Shown: positions 32,775 through 43,416, counted from the first letter of the stretch. The stretch: DNA of 64,000 bases from Patescibacteria group bacterium (GCA_041653535.1 JBAZFH010000002.1:173011-237010), one strand, 5' to 3'. Numbers and translations: made by a program. Notes: a model not told the origin generated them from the letters alone.

Positions 32775-33797
32775 ATGTCTCTTGCTACCAAGGCGTACAA
32801 TTTTATTATTTACAATCGTCTGGTCAAACGTCTTGCCGGATGGTTTTTGCGTCAGCGGTTTTTTAATCAAAATTATTTTTATCAACAGAAATACCAGCGG
32901 TTACTAAAAAATAAAATGGGAAAATATCAGCGAGTGCCTTTTCGGGTGATGATTGAGAACACCAATGCATGCAATTCCAACTGTGTTTTTTGCCCGCATC
33001 CGGCAATGAAAAGAAAAATCGGCAATATGTCGATGGAGCTTTTTCAAAAAATTGTCGATCAGTGTGTTAGCCTAGGCATTGATTATGTTACCATCTATGG
33101 CTTTGGCGAGCCGCTGCTCGACCCTGAGTTTGTCGCCAAAGTAAAATACGCCAAAAGTCGCGGTATCAAAAGAGTGACTACTAACACCAACGGCGCGCTT
33201 TTAACCGAAGAAAGAAGTAGAGCGCTTGTCGAAGCCGGCATTGATGAGATCTATATCAGCTTTGACGCAGCAACAGCTGAAACCTTTCGCAAGATTCGTC
33301 CGGCTCTTAACTTCGATAAAATAGAAAAAAATATTTTCGACTTGGCCAGGATCAGAAAAGAAATGGGATCAAAAAAACCAGAAATAGTTTTGAGTTTTGT
33401 CGAGACTGGCGACAACAAACAAGAAGTAAAAAAATATATCAAAAAATGGCAAAAAACAGTTGATCATATTTCTATTTCTTTCATCCATAACTGGACAGGT
33501 GACCTTTTTGATAAGCTAAAAATAAAACAGCGAGATTGGCTACGTGATCCGTGTCGTTTGATTTGGACCGACATGGTAATCAGCTGGGACGGCACAGTGC
33601 CGCTTTGTTGTAACGACTACGAAAATAAAATAATTTTAGGTGATATTAACAAGCAGACGGTTGCCGAGGTTTGGGGCGGAGAAAAGCTGCGGCAATTTCG
33701 TTATTATCATCAAAAAGGAGAATTTAAGAGTATTAACATTTGTGCTGATTGTGTGTATAATTGTCATCATAAGTCGCCATGGTGGGTCGGCAAATAA
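32775..33797 (+). CDS. Radical SAM protein with SPASM/twitch-type C-terminal Cys cluster
   Basis: NACNSNCVFCPH (CX3CX2C). C-terminal ...PLCCNDYENK...CADCVYNC. Start set at the first ATG after the upstream stop. Confidence 0.75.
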   Translation: MSLATKAYNFIIYNRLVKRLAGWFLRQRFFNQNYFYQQKYQRLLKNKMGKYQRVPFRVMIENTNACNSNCVFCPHPAMKRKIGNMSMELFQKIVDQCVSLGIDYVTIYGFGEPLLDPEFVAKVKYAKSRGIKRVTTNTNGALLTEERSRALVEAGIDEIYISFDAATAETFRKIRPALNFDKIEKNIFDLARIRKEMGSKKPEIVLSFVETGDNKQEVKKYIKKWQKTVDHISISFIHNWTGDLFDKLKIKQRDWLRDPCRLIWTDMVISWDGTVPLCCNDYENKIILGDINKQTVAEVWGGEKLRQFRYYHQKGEFKSINICADCVYNCHHKSPWWVGK

Positions 33798-33806
33798 ACC
33801 TTTAAT

Positions 33807-34424
33807 ATGTCAAAAAGGCAAGATCGCGCTACTATTACCAGAATAAAAAAAATATCCCGGTTGATACCAGGCGGGAAAATTTTAGATATTGGTTGCCGGG
33901 AAAATTTATTACAAGATTTTTTACCAGCAGGAACGGAATACTTCGGTTTAGAAGTGAGTAGTACCAACAGCAGCCAAAACGGGGAAAAAAATAAATTTTT
34001 GCCGCAAGGAATTTGTGATGACAAGTCGAGAGAGGTTTTTGGCGATTTGAAATTTGACGCAGTAGTTTTGGCGGAAACCCTGGAACACTTATTAGAGCCT
34101 TTTCAAGCTCTGGATAATATAAAATTTTTATTGCGCGACGGCGGTCAGCTTATTGGTAGTGTGCCGAACGCCGTTGCCTGGCGTTATTTCTTTTTTTTGG
34201 AATTATTAGGTGACGGAATGAACGATTTTGTTGCGCCGAAATGGGATGGTCATGAGCACTTTTTTGCTTTTAATAAATATATTTTAAGAACGCTTTTAAT
34301 GCGAGCAGGGTTTAAAAAAATAACGATCAAAGAGTGGGGAAGCTGGATTCCTGGTACAGGAATTTTTTTACCTTTCAATTTTCGCGGTTCGCATTTGATT
34401 TTCACGGCGGAAAAACAATCTTGA
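33807..34424 (+). CDS. Class I SAM-dependent methyltransferase
   Basis: ILDIGCRENLL and LAETLEHL motifs. Confidence 0.6.
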   Translation: MSKRQDRATITRIKKISRLIPGGKILDIGCRENLLQDFLPAGTEYFGLEVSSTNSSQNGEKNKFLPQGICDDKSREVFGDLKFDAVVLAETLEHLLEPFQALDNIKFLLRDGGQLIGSVPNAVAWRYFFFLELLGDGMNDFVAPKWDGHEHFFAFNKYILRTLLMRAGFKKITIKEWGSWIPGTGIFLPFNFRGSHLIFTAEKQS

Positions 34425-34452
34425 AGTTTTAATCAACTTAATCGTTAAAAGT

Positions 34453-35871
34453 ATGGCACAAGTGGTTTTAATTCAGGCTTCTATGGGATTTTATGGCGAT
34501 GAAGGAATAGTCGCCGACCAGACTTCTAATCCGCCGATGGGTCTTTTATATATTGCTGCTTATTTAGAAAAATACGGAGTTTCGGTCAGACTAATTGATC
34601 CTTTTCCGGAACAGCTCAATTTAGCTGATATCCTCAAAGAGATTGAATTAGAAAAACCCTTGGTTATCGGTATTTCTGCTATGACTCCGGGTATTCCTAC
34701 TGCTTACAAAATGGCGCAAGCCATTCGCGGGCGGTTTGGTCCGCGACCTTTTATAGGCGTCGGAGGTATTCATACGAGCGTTGATCCGGGTTTTATTGAT
34801 CGTTATCCAATTTTTGATTTTGAAGTCGTTGGGGAAGGGGAGGTAACTTTTTACGAAGTCCTTCAAACTGTTTTGGCTGGTAAAATACCGCAGAAAAAAT
34901 ATTTTGGTAAAATTATAGAAAATCTTGATGATTTGCCTTTTCCCGCCAGACATCTTTTGCGAGGTAGATATTTTTGTCCGCACGATGAAACAGAGGCAGA
35001 TGATCCGGAAGTAACTATTATTGCTTCACGAGGCTGTCCTTTTCACTGCATTTTTTGTTCCAAGCCGGGATTTAGGGATCGTTATCGCTATCGTTCGGCA
35101 AAAAATATTGTAGACGAAATGGAAAGAGATTATAAACTATGCAACGGCAAGTTTAATTTTGTTGACGATACCATCGGAGCCAATCAGCAGAGAGCGATAG
35201 AGTTTTGCGAAGAAATAATGTCACGAAAACTAAAGGTTCAGTTTGCCGTCCAGATGAGAGCAACTGACGCCAGCGATGTTTTTTTTAAAAAATTAGCGGC
35301 ATCAGGTTGTCGCGAAATATTTTTTGGTGTTGAATCCGGCAGTAATCGAGTGAGAAATGAAATAATCGAAAAAAGAGTCCCAGAGGAAAAATTATTTGAG
35401 GCGGTTAAACTTTGCCGTCGTTATGGCATGCAGTCAAATTTTTACCTGATGCTCGGATTTCCTACGGAAACAAAAAAAGATTTAGAAGATACGGTCAATA
35501 TCGGCGTCAGGACCAAAGTTGATTTTATCGGTTTGCATGTTACTCAGATCATTCCCGGGTCCCGTTTGTATGATTTAGCCATCAAAGAAGGTAAGATGTC
35601 TAACGATCTGTTGGATCAATATATTCGTGGCGAGTTAGGTAATAATTTTTTTGAAGTTTTTCCAAAATATATTCCCGATGGTTTGACGATTAAAGATTTA
35701 GAGGCTGCCAGAACACTTGCTTATCGTAAATTTTTTATCAATCCTGGTTGGTGGTATCGTCGCATCAGGTCTTATTTCAAACACCCCGATCGGTTGGTTA
35801 AAGATTGGAAACAATTCAGATTAGGAATTTATGTTTTAATTCACGGGCATACTAAATCGGCAGCATCTTAG
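34453..35871 (+). CDS. B12-binding-domain radical SAM protein (class B)
   Basis: N-terminal B12-like domain (LLYIAAYLEKYG...IGISAMTP), SRGCPFHCIFC, and GVESGSNRV. Confidence 0.8.
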   Translation: MAQVVLIQASMGFYGDEGIVADQTSNPPMGLLYIAAYLEKYGVSVRLIDPFPEQLNLADILKEIELEKPLVIGISAMTPGIPTAYKMAQAIRGRFGPRPFIGVGGIHTSVDPGFIDRYPIFDFEVVGEGEVTFYEVLQTVLAGKIPQKKYFGKIIENLDDLPFPARHLLRGRYFCPHDETEADDPEVTIIASRGCPFHCIFCSKPGFRDRYRYRSAKNIVDEMERDYKLCNGKFNFVDDTIGANQQRAIEFCEEIMSRKLKVQFAVQMRATDASDVFFKKLAASGCREIFFGVESGSNRVRNEIIEKRVPEEKLFEAVKLCRRYGMQSNFYLMLGFPTETKKDLEDTVNIGVRTKVDFIGLHVTQIIPGSRLYDLAIKEGKMSNDLLDQYIRGELGNNFFEVFPKYIPDGLTIKDLEAARTLAYRKFFINPGWWYRRIRSYFKHPDRLVKDWKQFRLGIYVLIHGHTKSAAS

Positions 35872-35900
35872 TTTCTCATTTTCTAAAACAGTTTTTTAAT

Positions 35901-38342
35901 ATGAAAAGACTTTTCCAGTCCAAACATTTTTGGCCGGTTTTGATTGTTGTTTTGGCCGGTTTGGCGGTTTTTACTTGGTTTAAGGGCGATTTGATTTTTA
36001 GTTATGGCGACGTGAGGTTCAATTTTTCTCCTCTGGAAACTTTTAAAAACTATTTTTATACTTGGAGCAGAGAAGATACCGGCTCGCCGGTAATACAGGC
36101 GATGCCGTTTATTTTTTACCAAATTTGTTTGGCTATTTGGGCAAAGATCGGTCTGCCATTATTTTTATTCCAACGGTTGGCTTATTATTTTTTGTTTGTT
36201 TCCGGCGGTTTGGGGGTCTATGTTTTGTTAACTACTGTTTTTCGCGGCGAACGACGTTATTTAATAGGGCTGTTAGCAGCTCTTTTTTATATGTTTAATA
36301 TTTATGCTCTAGTTATGGTTTGGGGCATGGGTATCCAGATTATTTATTTTTATCCTTTTTTGCCATGGTTGCTAACCCTTTTTATTAGGGGGATAGAGGG
36401 TGGGAAGGTGATAATCTATTTGCTTCTTTTTTCTCTGCTCAATTTTTTAGTCGCTATTGCTTACAGTAACGCTTCTTATGTGGTTTTAGTCTGGTTGCCG
36501 ATTTTTGCTTATTTTATTTTTTATTTGTTTGTTAATCGTCGTGACCGGCAAAAGGTCAGGGTCGCTTGTATTTTTACAGCTTTATTGGTGGTCGTTTGGT
36601 TATTGCTAAACCTTTATTGGTTAGTACCTTTTGTCTATGATATTTCTTCTTTTTCTTCAGCCGCTTTGAAAAATGCAGCTTATTCTCACAGTTTGGGCGA
36701 GACGGTTCGGGGTGCGAGCGTGACGGCACATTTGTCTAATGCCGTCAGACTTTTTGGCTATCAGCCTTTTGATGATAATTTTTCTTATGCGCCAGGAGAT
36801 TATTTTCATTCGTATTCGCCGGTCTATAACGGCAAAATATTTTTTACTATACTTAGCTATACTATTCCGCTGCTAGCTTTGGGAAGTTTATTATTTTTAT
36901 TTAAAGAAGAGAAAAAAGAAAAAAGGCGTTTAGTGTTTTTTTTGTTGTTTTCAGTTGCCGCTTTATTTTTGTATAAGGGATCGCAACCTCCGTTTGGAGG
37001 CTTATATGTTTGGGCAGTAAACAAGTTTTCTTTGTTTGGTGCTTTTCGTCATCCGATGGGGAAATTCGGCACGTTTCTTGTCTTGGGTTATGCTGTCTTG
37101 ATCGGCTACACTCTCAGCGAAATTTATTTGTGGTTAAAGAAGAAAATAAATGCAACTAATGCCAAAACAGTTTTGGTTGTTATTTGTGTTTTATTGTTTG
37201 TTATTTATCAGTATCCATTTTGGCAAGGAGATGTTTTTCATGAAAAAGGACTAATTTCTCGGTCAGCTTTAGTGGGCGTTCCTGATTATTATCGAGAGGC
37301 GGCTGGCTGGCTGGCGACGCAGCCGGAAAATTTTAGAATTTATCCTGTGCCTGAGACGGGTTTTTTTGGTACCGCGTTGCGTTGGGATAACGGTTACGAT
37401 GGAGCTGATCCCGCCTATCCTCTTTTATTACGATCGGTAACGCATTTGATGAATGAAAACGGAATCGAAATAAAAATTTGGGACGAAATTTCAGCCGAGA
37501 CGGTTAACGAGCAAAACGCGGCATTATTGATGGGACTGCTAAATACTAAATATGCTATGGTGAGAAAAGACGTGGCGAAAGAATATTTTAATATGCCGAA
37601 AGTCACTTTTGATCTGGCCGTGAAGCATTTGGAAAAAGAAGAAATAGCCGGCTTAAAATTCGATCGGAATATTGGTCAGTTGGATTTTTATTTGTTGGAG
37701 GATAAATATTTTTATCCTCGTATCTACGTTCCGACATTTTGCGCTCTAAGCTCCGATTGGTTGCAAGCCTTGAAATTAGTCAACACTAGACTGGAAAAAG
37801 ACAAGATAGCGATTTTTACTTCTACGGATCCGGAGAAAACCTTTGGTCAGATCCGTAAAGATTCAGCCTTTGATTTTAGTGCTACGGCGGTTTTGGACGG
37901 CAAAAAAGAATCATTGGAAAATCTGACGTTGAAAACGGCACCAGACATAAAATTTGAAAGAATAAACCCGACAAAATATCGAGTCGAAGTTAGTAATGCC
38001 CAAGGTAACTTTCTTTTGGTACTGTCAGATAGTTTTAATAATGAATGGAAAGCCTATTTAATACCTGATACAAAGCGGGTTAATAGTTTTTTTGGTCAGA
38101 TTGCCGAAACGTGGAGTTTGCAGCCGATTGCCGATGATAAGCACTTTTGGGTTAATAAATACGCTAATGCTTGGTATGTGGAGCGACCGGAACAAAAAGA
38201 GGACTTTACCATTATTTTAGAATTTTGGCCGCAGCGCCTAGTTTATTGGAGCTTGACCGCAAGTGTCGTTGCCTGGTTGGTTTTTATTATAGTATTGATT
38301 ATTGTTAGCCGAAAAAAAAGAAAGTCAATTAAAGATATTTAG
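35901..38342 (+). CDS. Large polytopic membrane protein, GT-C-like (AftD/DUF3367-like) with extracytoplasmic C-domain and C-terminal anchor
   Basis: 813 aa. N-terminal GDLIFSYGDVRFNFSP...WSREDTG loop, about 14 TM helices, a soluble C-domain, and a final TM. Paralogous to 54459-57677. Confidence 0.5.
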   Translation: MKRLFQSKHFWPVLIVVLAGLAVFTWFKGDLIFSYGDVRFNFSPLETFKNYFYTWSREDTGSPVIQAMPFIFYQICLAIWAKIGLPLFLFQRLAYYFLFVSGGLGVYVLLTTVFRGERRYLIGLLAALFYMFNIYALVMVWGMGIQIIYFYPFLPWLLTLFIRGIEGGKVIIYLLLFSLLNFLVAIAYSNASYVVLVWLPIFAYFIFYLFVNRRDRQKVRVACIFTALLVVVWLLLNLYWLVPFVYDISSFSSAALKNAAYSHSLGETVRGASVTAHLSNAVRLFGYQPFDDNFSYAPGDYFHSYSPVYNGKIFFTILSYTIPLLALGSLLFLFKEEKKEKRRLVFFLLFSVAALFLYKGSQPPFGGLYVWAVNKFSLFGAFRHPMGKFGTFLVLGYAVLIGYTLSEIYLWLKKKINATNAKTVLVVICVLLFVIYQYPFWQGDVFHEKGLISRSALVGVPDYYREAAGWLATQPENFRIYPVPETGFFGTALRWDNGYDGADPAYPLLLRSVTHLMNENGIEIKIWDEISAETVNEQNAALLMGLLNTKYAMVRKDVAKEYFNMPKVTFDLAVKHLEKEEIAGLKFDRNIGQLDFYLLEDKYFYPRIYVPTFCALSSDWLQALKLVNTRLEKDKIAIFTSTDPEKTFGQIRKDSAFDFSATAVLDGKKESLENLTLKTAPDIKFERINPTKYRVEVSNAQGNFLLVLSDSFNNEWKAYLIPDTKRVNSFFGQIAETWSLQPIADDKHFWVNKYANAWYVERPEQKEDFTIILEFWPQRLVYWSLTASVVAWLVFIIVLIIVSRKKRKSIKDI

Positions 38343-38409
38343 AAAATTGAGAAAAATTTGGCTATCTTTACAAGAAAAGTTAATGGGAGTAGACTGTAAA
38401 AACTAAAAT

Positions 38410-39567
38410 ATGTCCAAGAAAATCTACATAATAGCCAATACCATGATAGAACCGGGCATGAGCGGCGGTAATAGAATTTTTATTGAATTAGCCAAAAATT
38501 GGGTAAAAACCGGTCATCAGGTTACGGTTTTTACCTCTCCTGTTGGTAAGCAGATTTGTCAGGCTAATGATTTGATGGGCGCTCGGTATGTCACTTGGCC
38601 GGCACAAAATTTTCGCTTTTTAGGGATTTTCGGTCAATACTTTGTCGGTGTTTTTTGGGGTTTATGGAATGCGCTAAAAAGTTGGCGCGGATTTGAAAAT
38701 GTTATTGTTTGGTCAACGTCTGATTTTTGGCCGGATGCTTTATCGGGATTACTTTTTAAAATCATTAACCCCAAATGTTTCTGGATTGCTTCGGTATTTA
38801 TGTTTGCTCCGAATCCTTTCAAACAGACTAAATTTTACGTCAAAGCTTTTTTACATTTTATTACCCAGAAACCAATTTATTTTCTCAGTAAAAAAATAGC
38901 GCAGATGATTTTTGTTACCAATGACGGTGACAGAGATTTTGTTGTAGGCGATGGAGTGCCGGCCGAGCGGGTAGTATCGATCCGCGGCGGCGTTAATCTT
39001 GATTATATTCAAAGTATCAGAGCCGAAGGAAAAAAATATCTTGGTATTTTTATGGGACGGGTGCATCGCCACAAAGGAATTTTAGAGCTGCTTGATGTCT
39101 GGAGAAAGGTTTGTGATGTTATGCCGCAGGCCAAGCTAGCAGTGGTAGGAGAAGGTCCACAGGAAAAAGAAGCCAAAGAAAAAGCGGAAAAATTGGGATT
39201 AAAAAATAATGTCGTATTTTTTGGTTTTGTGGATGGTGACTACAAATATATTTTGATGAAAGAAAGTCAGATGTTTTTACATTCCTCGGTCTGGGATAGC
39301 GGCGGCATGAGTGCGGCCGAAGGCATGGCTTGCGGTTTGCCGGTAGTTGGTTATGATTTGCCGGCTTTCAAAACATATTATCCTAAAGGTATGCTCAAAG
39401 CGCCGCTTGGAGATCGGGATAAATATGCCGAATTGATTATCAGTCTAGCAAACGATGTTAGTCTTTATCAAAAGATCAGCGCTAAAGCTCTAGACTGGGC
39501 AAATGGTTGGGACTGGGCGGTAAATGCTAGTCGTATTATGCAAGCGATTGATGGAATTTTAAAATAA
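38410..39567 (+). CDS. GT4 glycosyltransferase
   Basis: GGNRIF..., GRVHRHKGI, and SVWDSGGMSAAEGMACGLPVV (EX7E region). Confidence 0.75.
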   Translation: MSKKIYIIANTMIEPGMSGGNRIFIELAKNWVKTGHQVTVFTSPVGKQICQANDLMGARYVTWPAQNFRFLGIFGQYFVGVFWGLWNALKSWRGFENVIVWSTSDFWPDALSGLLFKIINPKCFWIASVFMFAPNPFKQTKFYVKAFLHFITQKPIYFLSKKIAQMIFVTNDGDRDFVVGDGVPAERVVSIRGGVNLDYIQSIRAEGKKYLGIFMGRVHRHKGILELLDVWRKVCDVMPQAKLAVVGEGPQEKEAKEKAEKLGLKNNVVFFGFVDGDYKYILMKESQMFLHSSVWDSGGMSAAEGMACGLPVVGYDLPAFKTYYPKGMLKAPLGDRDKYAELIISLANDVSLYQKISAKALDWANGWDWAVNASRIMQAIDGILK

Positions 39568-39574
39568 TTTTTAT

Positions 39575-40240
39575 ATGTTTAATGAACAAAAAGGTTCTAA
39601 GGCTTATCCTGAATATGATCCGACTGACGAGGACTCGGAGATTTCTCGGCTTTATAAGTTAATCAAAGAACAACCGTTGGAGCAGTCAGATGCTGCTGTG
39701 TGGTTGGAGGGCGAAGCAGACGACCGCAATGTAAAGTGTATAAGGATCGTTCAGAGTGATTATGCACCCAAGCTAGTTTTATCGGGTGGCGTTGATAAGG
39801 CGCCAACGGATATTCCATCTCAAAAAATGGCCGAGGTGTTCGTTCAATCTGGAATTAGTCGTGATCAAATCATTATAGACCCTACGTCTTTGAATACGAA
39901 GGAGCAGGCAGTAAATGTTTTGCGTTTAGTTAAAGATAATGATTGGCACAAAATAATCTTAGTAGCTAATCCATATCACCAGATTAGAGTTTTTTTGACT
40001 TTTTTGGCGGAGCTTAAAAAACAAGGTATGGACAAGATGGTTAAAATCATCAATGCCCCAGCGGATTTGAATTGGTTTAGGACCACAGCTCGAGGTCGCG
40101 ATGAAGTTGATTTGTTTAACGAAGAAGAAATCCCTCGGTTGATAAAATATGGTCAGGATGGTGTTGATGGCAAAAAAGCAGACGTCGCTAAGTTATCAGA
40201 GGGCTTAGATTATATAGAATATTGGAATAATCAATTATAA
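39575..40240 (+). CDS. DUF218 (YdcF/SanA-like) domain protein
   Basis: LVLSGGV...TKEQA...ILVANPYHQIRV pattern. Confidence 0.5.
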   Translation: MFNEQKGSKAYPEYDPTDEDSEISRLYKLIKEQPLEQSDAAVWLEGEADDRNVKCIRIVQSDYAPKLVLSGGVDKAPTDIPSQKMAEVFVQSGISRDQIIIDPTSLNTKEQAVNVLRLVKDNDWHKIILVANPYHQIRVFLTFLAELKKQGMDKMVKIINAPADLNWFRTTARGRDEVDLFNEEEIPRLIKYGQDGVDGKKADVAKLSEGLDYIEYWNNQL

Positions 40241-40249
40241 ATTTATTTT

Positions 40250-41266
40250 ATGTTCAGAGGCAAAAGAATACTAGTTACCGGGGGGACGGGATCGTTTGGC
40301 CATCAAATAGTTAATGATTTGATTCCTTACGAACCGGCCGAGATACGGGTTTTTTCCCGTGATGAAAAAAAGCAGCACGACATGCGTTTGGAATATCCGG
40401 ATGTTAAGTTTTTAACTTTTGTTATTGGTGATGTTCGCGATGCTGCGTCAGTACGATCAGCAATGAGAGGAATTGATATAGTTTTCAACGCCGCGGCATT
40501 AAAACAAGTTCCTTCCTGCGAATATCATGTTATCCAGGCAGTCAAAACCAACATTCTTGGTCCGCACAACGTTATCGAAGCGGCTTTGCAAGAAGACGTT
40601 GAGAAGGTGATAACTATTTCAACAGACAAAGCGTGCGAACCGATCAACGCCATGGGTATCAGTAAGGCAATGCAAGAGCGTTTGTTTGTTTCGGCCAACC
40701 TTGAAAAAGGTAACAAAAGAACAGTCTTTGCCGGCGTTCGTTATGGCAACGTGCTTGGTTCTCGCGGGTCAGTAGTGCCGCTATTTAAACAGCTTGCCGA
40801 AGAAGGCAAGGATTTACCGATTACCGACAGACTAATGACGCGTTTTATTATTACTTTACCTCAATCAATAGAGCTAGTTTTTTATGCAGCCGAGCATGCT
40901 GTCGGTGGTGAAATGTTTGTCAAAAAAATGCCAGCGCACACCATCACTGATTTGGCAGAAATTATCTTAGCCCGACACGGCAAAAATGAAAATCAAAAGG
41001 TAGTAGAAAAAGGAATCCGTCCCGGAGAAAAGATTCATGAGAGTCTGGTTTCTCCTTCCGAGTCACTGCACTGTATTGATCAGGGCGACTACTTTGTTAT
41101 TTTGCCGCAGATATCACTACCCGATGTAGAAGCTAAATACGGTTCGTTAATAAACAATCTCCCTGGTCCGACGCAGCAAAAATCTTTCCGCTATTCTTCG
41201 GAAAATACTCAACGTCTAAGCAAAGAAGATCTTGGGGAGCTACTAAAAAATGAAGGCTGGATCTAA
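40250..41266 (+). CDS. UDP-GlcNAc 4,6-dehydratase-type SDR (PseB/CapE/FnlA/CapD-like)
   Basis: ILVTGGTGSFG, FSRDEKKQ, and ISTDKACEPINAMGISKAM. Confidence 0.8.
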   Translation: MFRGKRILVTGGTGSFGHQIVNDLIPYEPAEIRVFSRDEKKQHDMRLEYPDVKFLTFVIGDVRDAASVRSAMRGIDIVFNAAALKQVPSCEYHVIQAVKTNILGPHNVIEAALQEDVEKVITISTDKACEPINAMGISKAMQERLFVSANLEKGNKRTVFAGVRYGNVLGSRGSVVPLFKQLAEEGKDLPITDRLMTRFIITLPQSIELVFYAAEHAVGGEMFVKKMPAHTITDLAEIILARHGKNENQKVVEKGIRPGEKIHESLVSPSESLHCIDQGDYFVILPQISLPDVEAKYGSLINNLPGPTQQKSFRYSSENTQRLSKEDLGELLKNEGWI

Positions 41267-42173
41267 AATTTTAATTACTGGCGGTAGCGGCATGCTGGGT
41301 AGCAGCCTATTTTTTACGTGGCAGGAAAAAGCTGACATTTATCTTTTGTCGCGTGAGTTGCCGGCTTACGATCAGGAAAAAAGTGTTAGCGTTGATCTAA
41401 CCGACGGGCAAAAAACTCTTGAAGCGGTAAAGAAAATAAGTCCAGATATTATCGTTCACACCGCGGCAATGACTAACGTTGACTATTGTGAAGATAACCC
41501 AGAGCAAGCGCGTGCGGTTAATGTAATGGCAACAGAAAATATTGCTTTAGCTACCAAAGAGATTGGCGCCAAACTGGTTTATATTTCTACTGATTTTGTC
41601 TTTGACGGCAAAAAAGGAAATTATACCGAGGAAGATGTGCCAAATCCTCTCAGCGTCTATGCTAAAACAAAATGGGAAGGCGAAGAAGTGGTGAGAAATA
41701 TTTTAACTGACTGGTTGATTATTCGCACTACCATCTATGGCTGGAATATTTTACAAAAAAGTTGTTTTCCCGAAGCGGTAATCAATGCTTTGAGTCAAGG
41801 TAAAGAGTTTACCCCGTTTGAAGATCAATACAGCACGCCGGTTTTTACCGAAACTCTGGCCGATGTTTTATGGCAGTTGCTGGAGAAAAATAAAATCGGA
41901 ATTTATAATGTTACTTGCAATGAAATTTTGTCTAAATATCAGTGGGCGCAGATGGTTGCTGATGAGTTCGGTCTGGATCAAAGCAGCTTACGACCGGTCC
42001 CTTTTGCGTTAGCCATACTGCGAGCGCCACGTCCGGTTAACGCTTCTTTAAATAACGCCAAGTTGCTTAGTGAACTAGGTTGGGATAAAATTAGTCTGAA
42101 AGACGATATAAAGAAAATGCATCTAAGGCAAAATTTTTATGGTCAATATAAAAAATCTAGAGAAAAAAGTTGA
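41250..42173 (+). CDS. RmlD-like sugar-nucleotide 4-reductase (SDR)
   Basis: ILITGGSGMLGS, ISTDFVFDG, and YAKTKWEGE. 17-nt overlap with the upstream gene. Confidence 0.7.
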   Translation: MKAGSKILITGGSGMLGSSLFFTWQEKADIYLLSRELPAYDQEKSVSVDLTDGQKTLEAVKKISPDIIVHTAAMTNVDYCEDNPEQARAVNVMATENIALATKEIGAKLVYISTDFVFDGKKGNYTEEDVPNPLSVYAKTKWEGEEVVRNILTDWLIIRTTIYGWNILQKSCFPEAVINALSQGKEFTPFEDQYSTPVFTETLADVLWQLLEKNKIGIYNVTCNEILSKYQWAQMVADEFGLDQSSLRPVPFALAILRAPRPVNASLNNAKLLSELGWDKISLKDDIKKMHLRQNFYGQYKKSREKS

Positions 42174-42525
42174 TGATCGCGGCTGGTTAGCTGAAATAAT
42201 CCGCGCCGAAGATGTCGAGCCAAAAGAATTCGGTCAGTTTTTGATTACTACCGCCAAACCAGGGATTACCAAAGGCGGTCATTACCACAAAAGAAAAAAT
42301 GAATGGTATTGTGTCATTCGCGGTAAAGCCGAGCTTTATCTAAAAAATTTGACTAGCGGGCAGGAGGAAAACGTAATTTTGGACGAAAATAATTTGCAGT
42401 TAGTAAAAATCGAGCCAAACGTTTTTCATAGCATTAAAAATATCGGTGAAGACGAAATGTATCTCCTTGCTTATACTACGGAGGTGTTCAACTCCGAAGA
42501 TCCGGATACCTTTACTCTAAGTTAA
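42139..42525 (+). CDS. Cupin-fold sugar-nucleotide epimerase/isomerase-like protein
   Basis: 128 aa. DDRGWLAEI...KGGHYHKRKNEWYCVIRGKA...FHSIKN is a cupin His cluster. Confidence 0.55.
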   Translation: MVNIKNLEKKVDDRGWLAEIIRAEDVEPKEFGQFLITTAKPGITKGGHYHKRKNEWYCVIRGKAELYLKNLTSGQEENVILDENNLQLVKIEPNVFHSIKNIGEDEMYLLAYTTEVFNSEDPDTFTLS

Positions 42526-42531
42526 TATAAG

Positions 42532-43416
42532 ATGAAAAAAATATTTTGCCCGATCTGCGGTGAGGGTAAATACGAAGATTTTTTAGACACCCGAGATGCT
42601 AGATATAGTCAAGCGGGCGTTTTTAAATTGGTTAAATGTATCCAATGCGATATGGTTTTTTTAGCCGTTATTCCCGAGGGAGACGAGTGGAAAAAGTTTT
42701 ACCCGGATGACTATTGGGCGGAAGAAGATAGTTTTTTCAATAATTTTGTTATCAATTTTTTATTGGCTAATTTTTTGCGGCTGATAAAAAAATATAAAAA
42801 ATATGGTAGCGTTCTTGATGTCGGGTGTGGCACCGGTAGAGTTTTGGAATATTTAGCGAGTAAGGGATGGCGGGTTTGGGGTCAAGAAATATCATCAGTT
42901 GCTTGCCGCCAAGCTGAGAGAAGAATAGAAAATGTTTATTGTGGTCCGCTTAAAGCCGCGACTTATCAAGAAAAATTTTTTGACGTGATAATCCTAAATT
43001 ATGTTTTTCATCAGATGATCGATTTAGCCGAAGAGCTGGCCCAAATAAAAAAAATAATCAAAGATGATGGAATAATGGTTTTTAGTATTCCCAATGTTGA
43101 CAGTCGTCAGTTGACGATAACTCAGCGGGATTGGTTTTGTATTGATTCTCCTCGCCATATTTATTTTTTTTCCCCAAAAACGATCAAAAGATTTTTTGAA
43201 AAAGAGGGACTAGAGATTGTTGATATAAGTTTCCCGTTATTTCAATTGCCACTCGATTTTTTTCATGGTCTGACTGCAAAATATTTTGGCAATAAAAAGG
43301 GGACAAAATATTGGTTTTTGTTTTTTCCGCTTTTAGTTTTTTCGTTGTTAATAAAAGTTATACCAGCCTACCGTAGTTGTATGACAGTGGCATGTAAAAA
43401 ACAATATGTCGAATAG
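42532..43416 (+). CDS. Class I SAM methyltransferase with N-terminal zinc ribbon
   Basis: CPICG...CIQCD, then VLDVGCGTGRVL. Confidence 0.7.
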   Translation: MKKIFCPICGEGKYEDFLDTRDARYSQAGVFKLVKCIQCDMVFLAVIPEGDEWKKFYPDDYWAEEDSFFNNFVINFLLANFLRLIKKYKKYGSVLDVGCGTGRVLEYLASKGWRVWGQEISSVACRQAERRIENVYCGPLKAATYQEKFFDVIILNYVFHQMIDLAEELAQIKKIIKDDGIMVFSIPNVDSRQLTITQRDWFCIDSPRHIYFFSPKTIKRFFEKEGLEIVDISFPLFQLPLDFFHGLTAKYFGNKKGTKYWFLFFPLLVFSLLIKVIPAYRSCMTVACKKQYVE

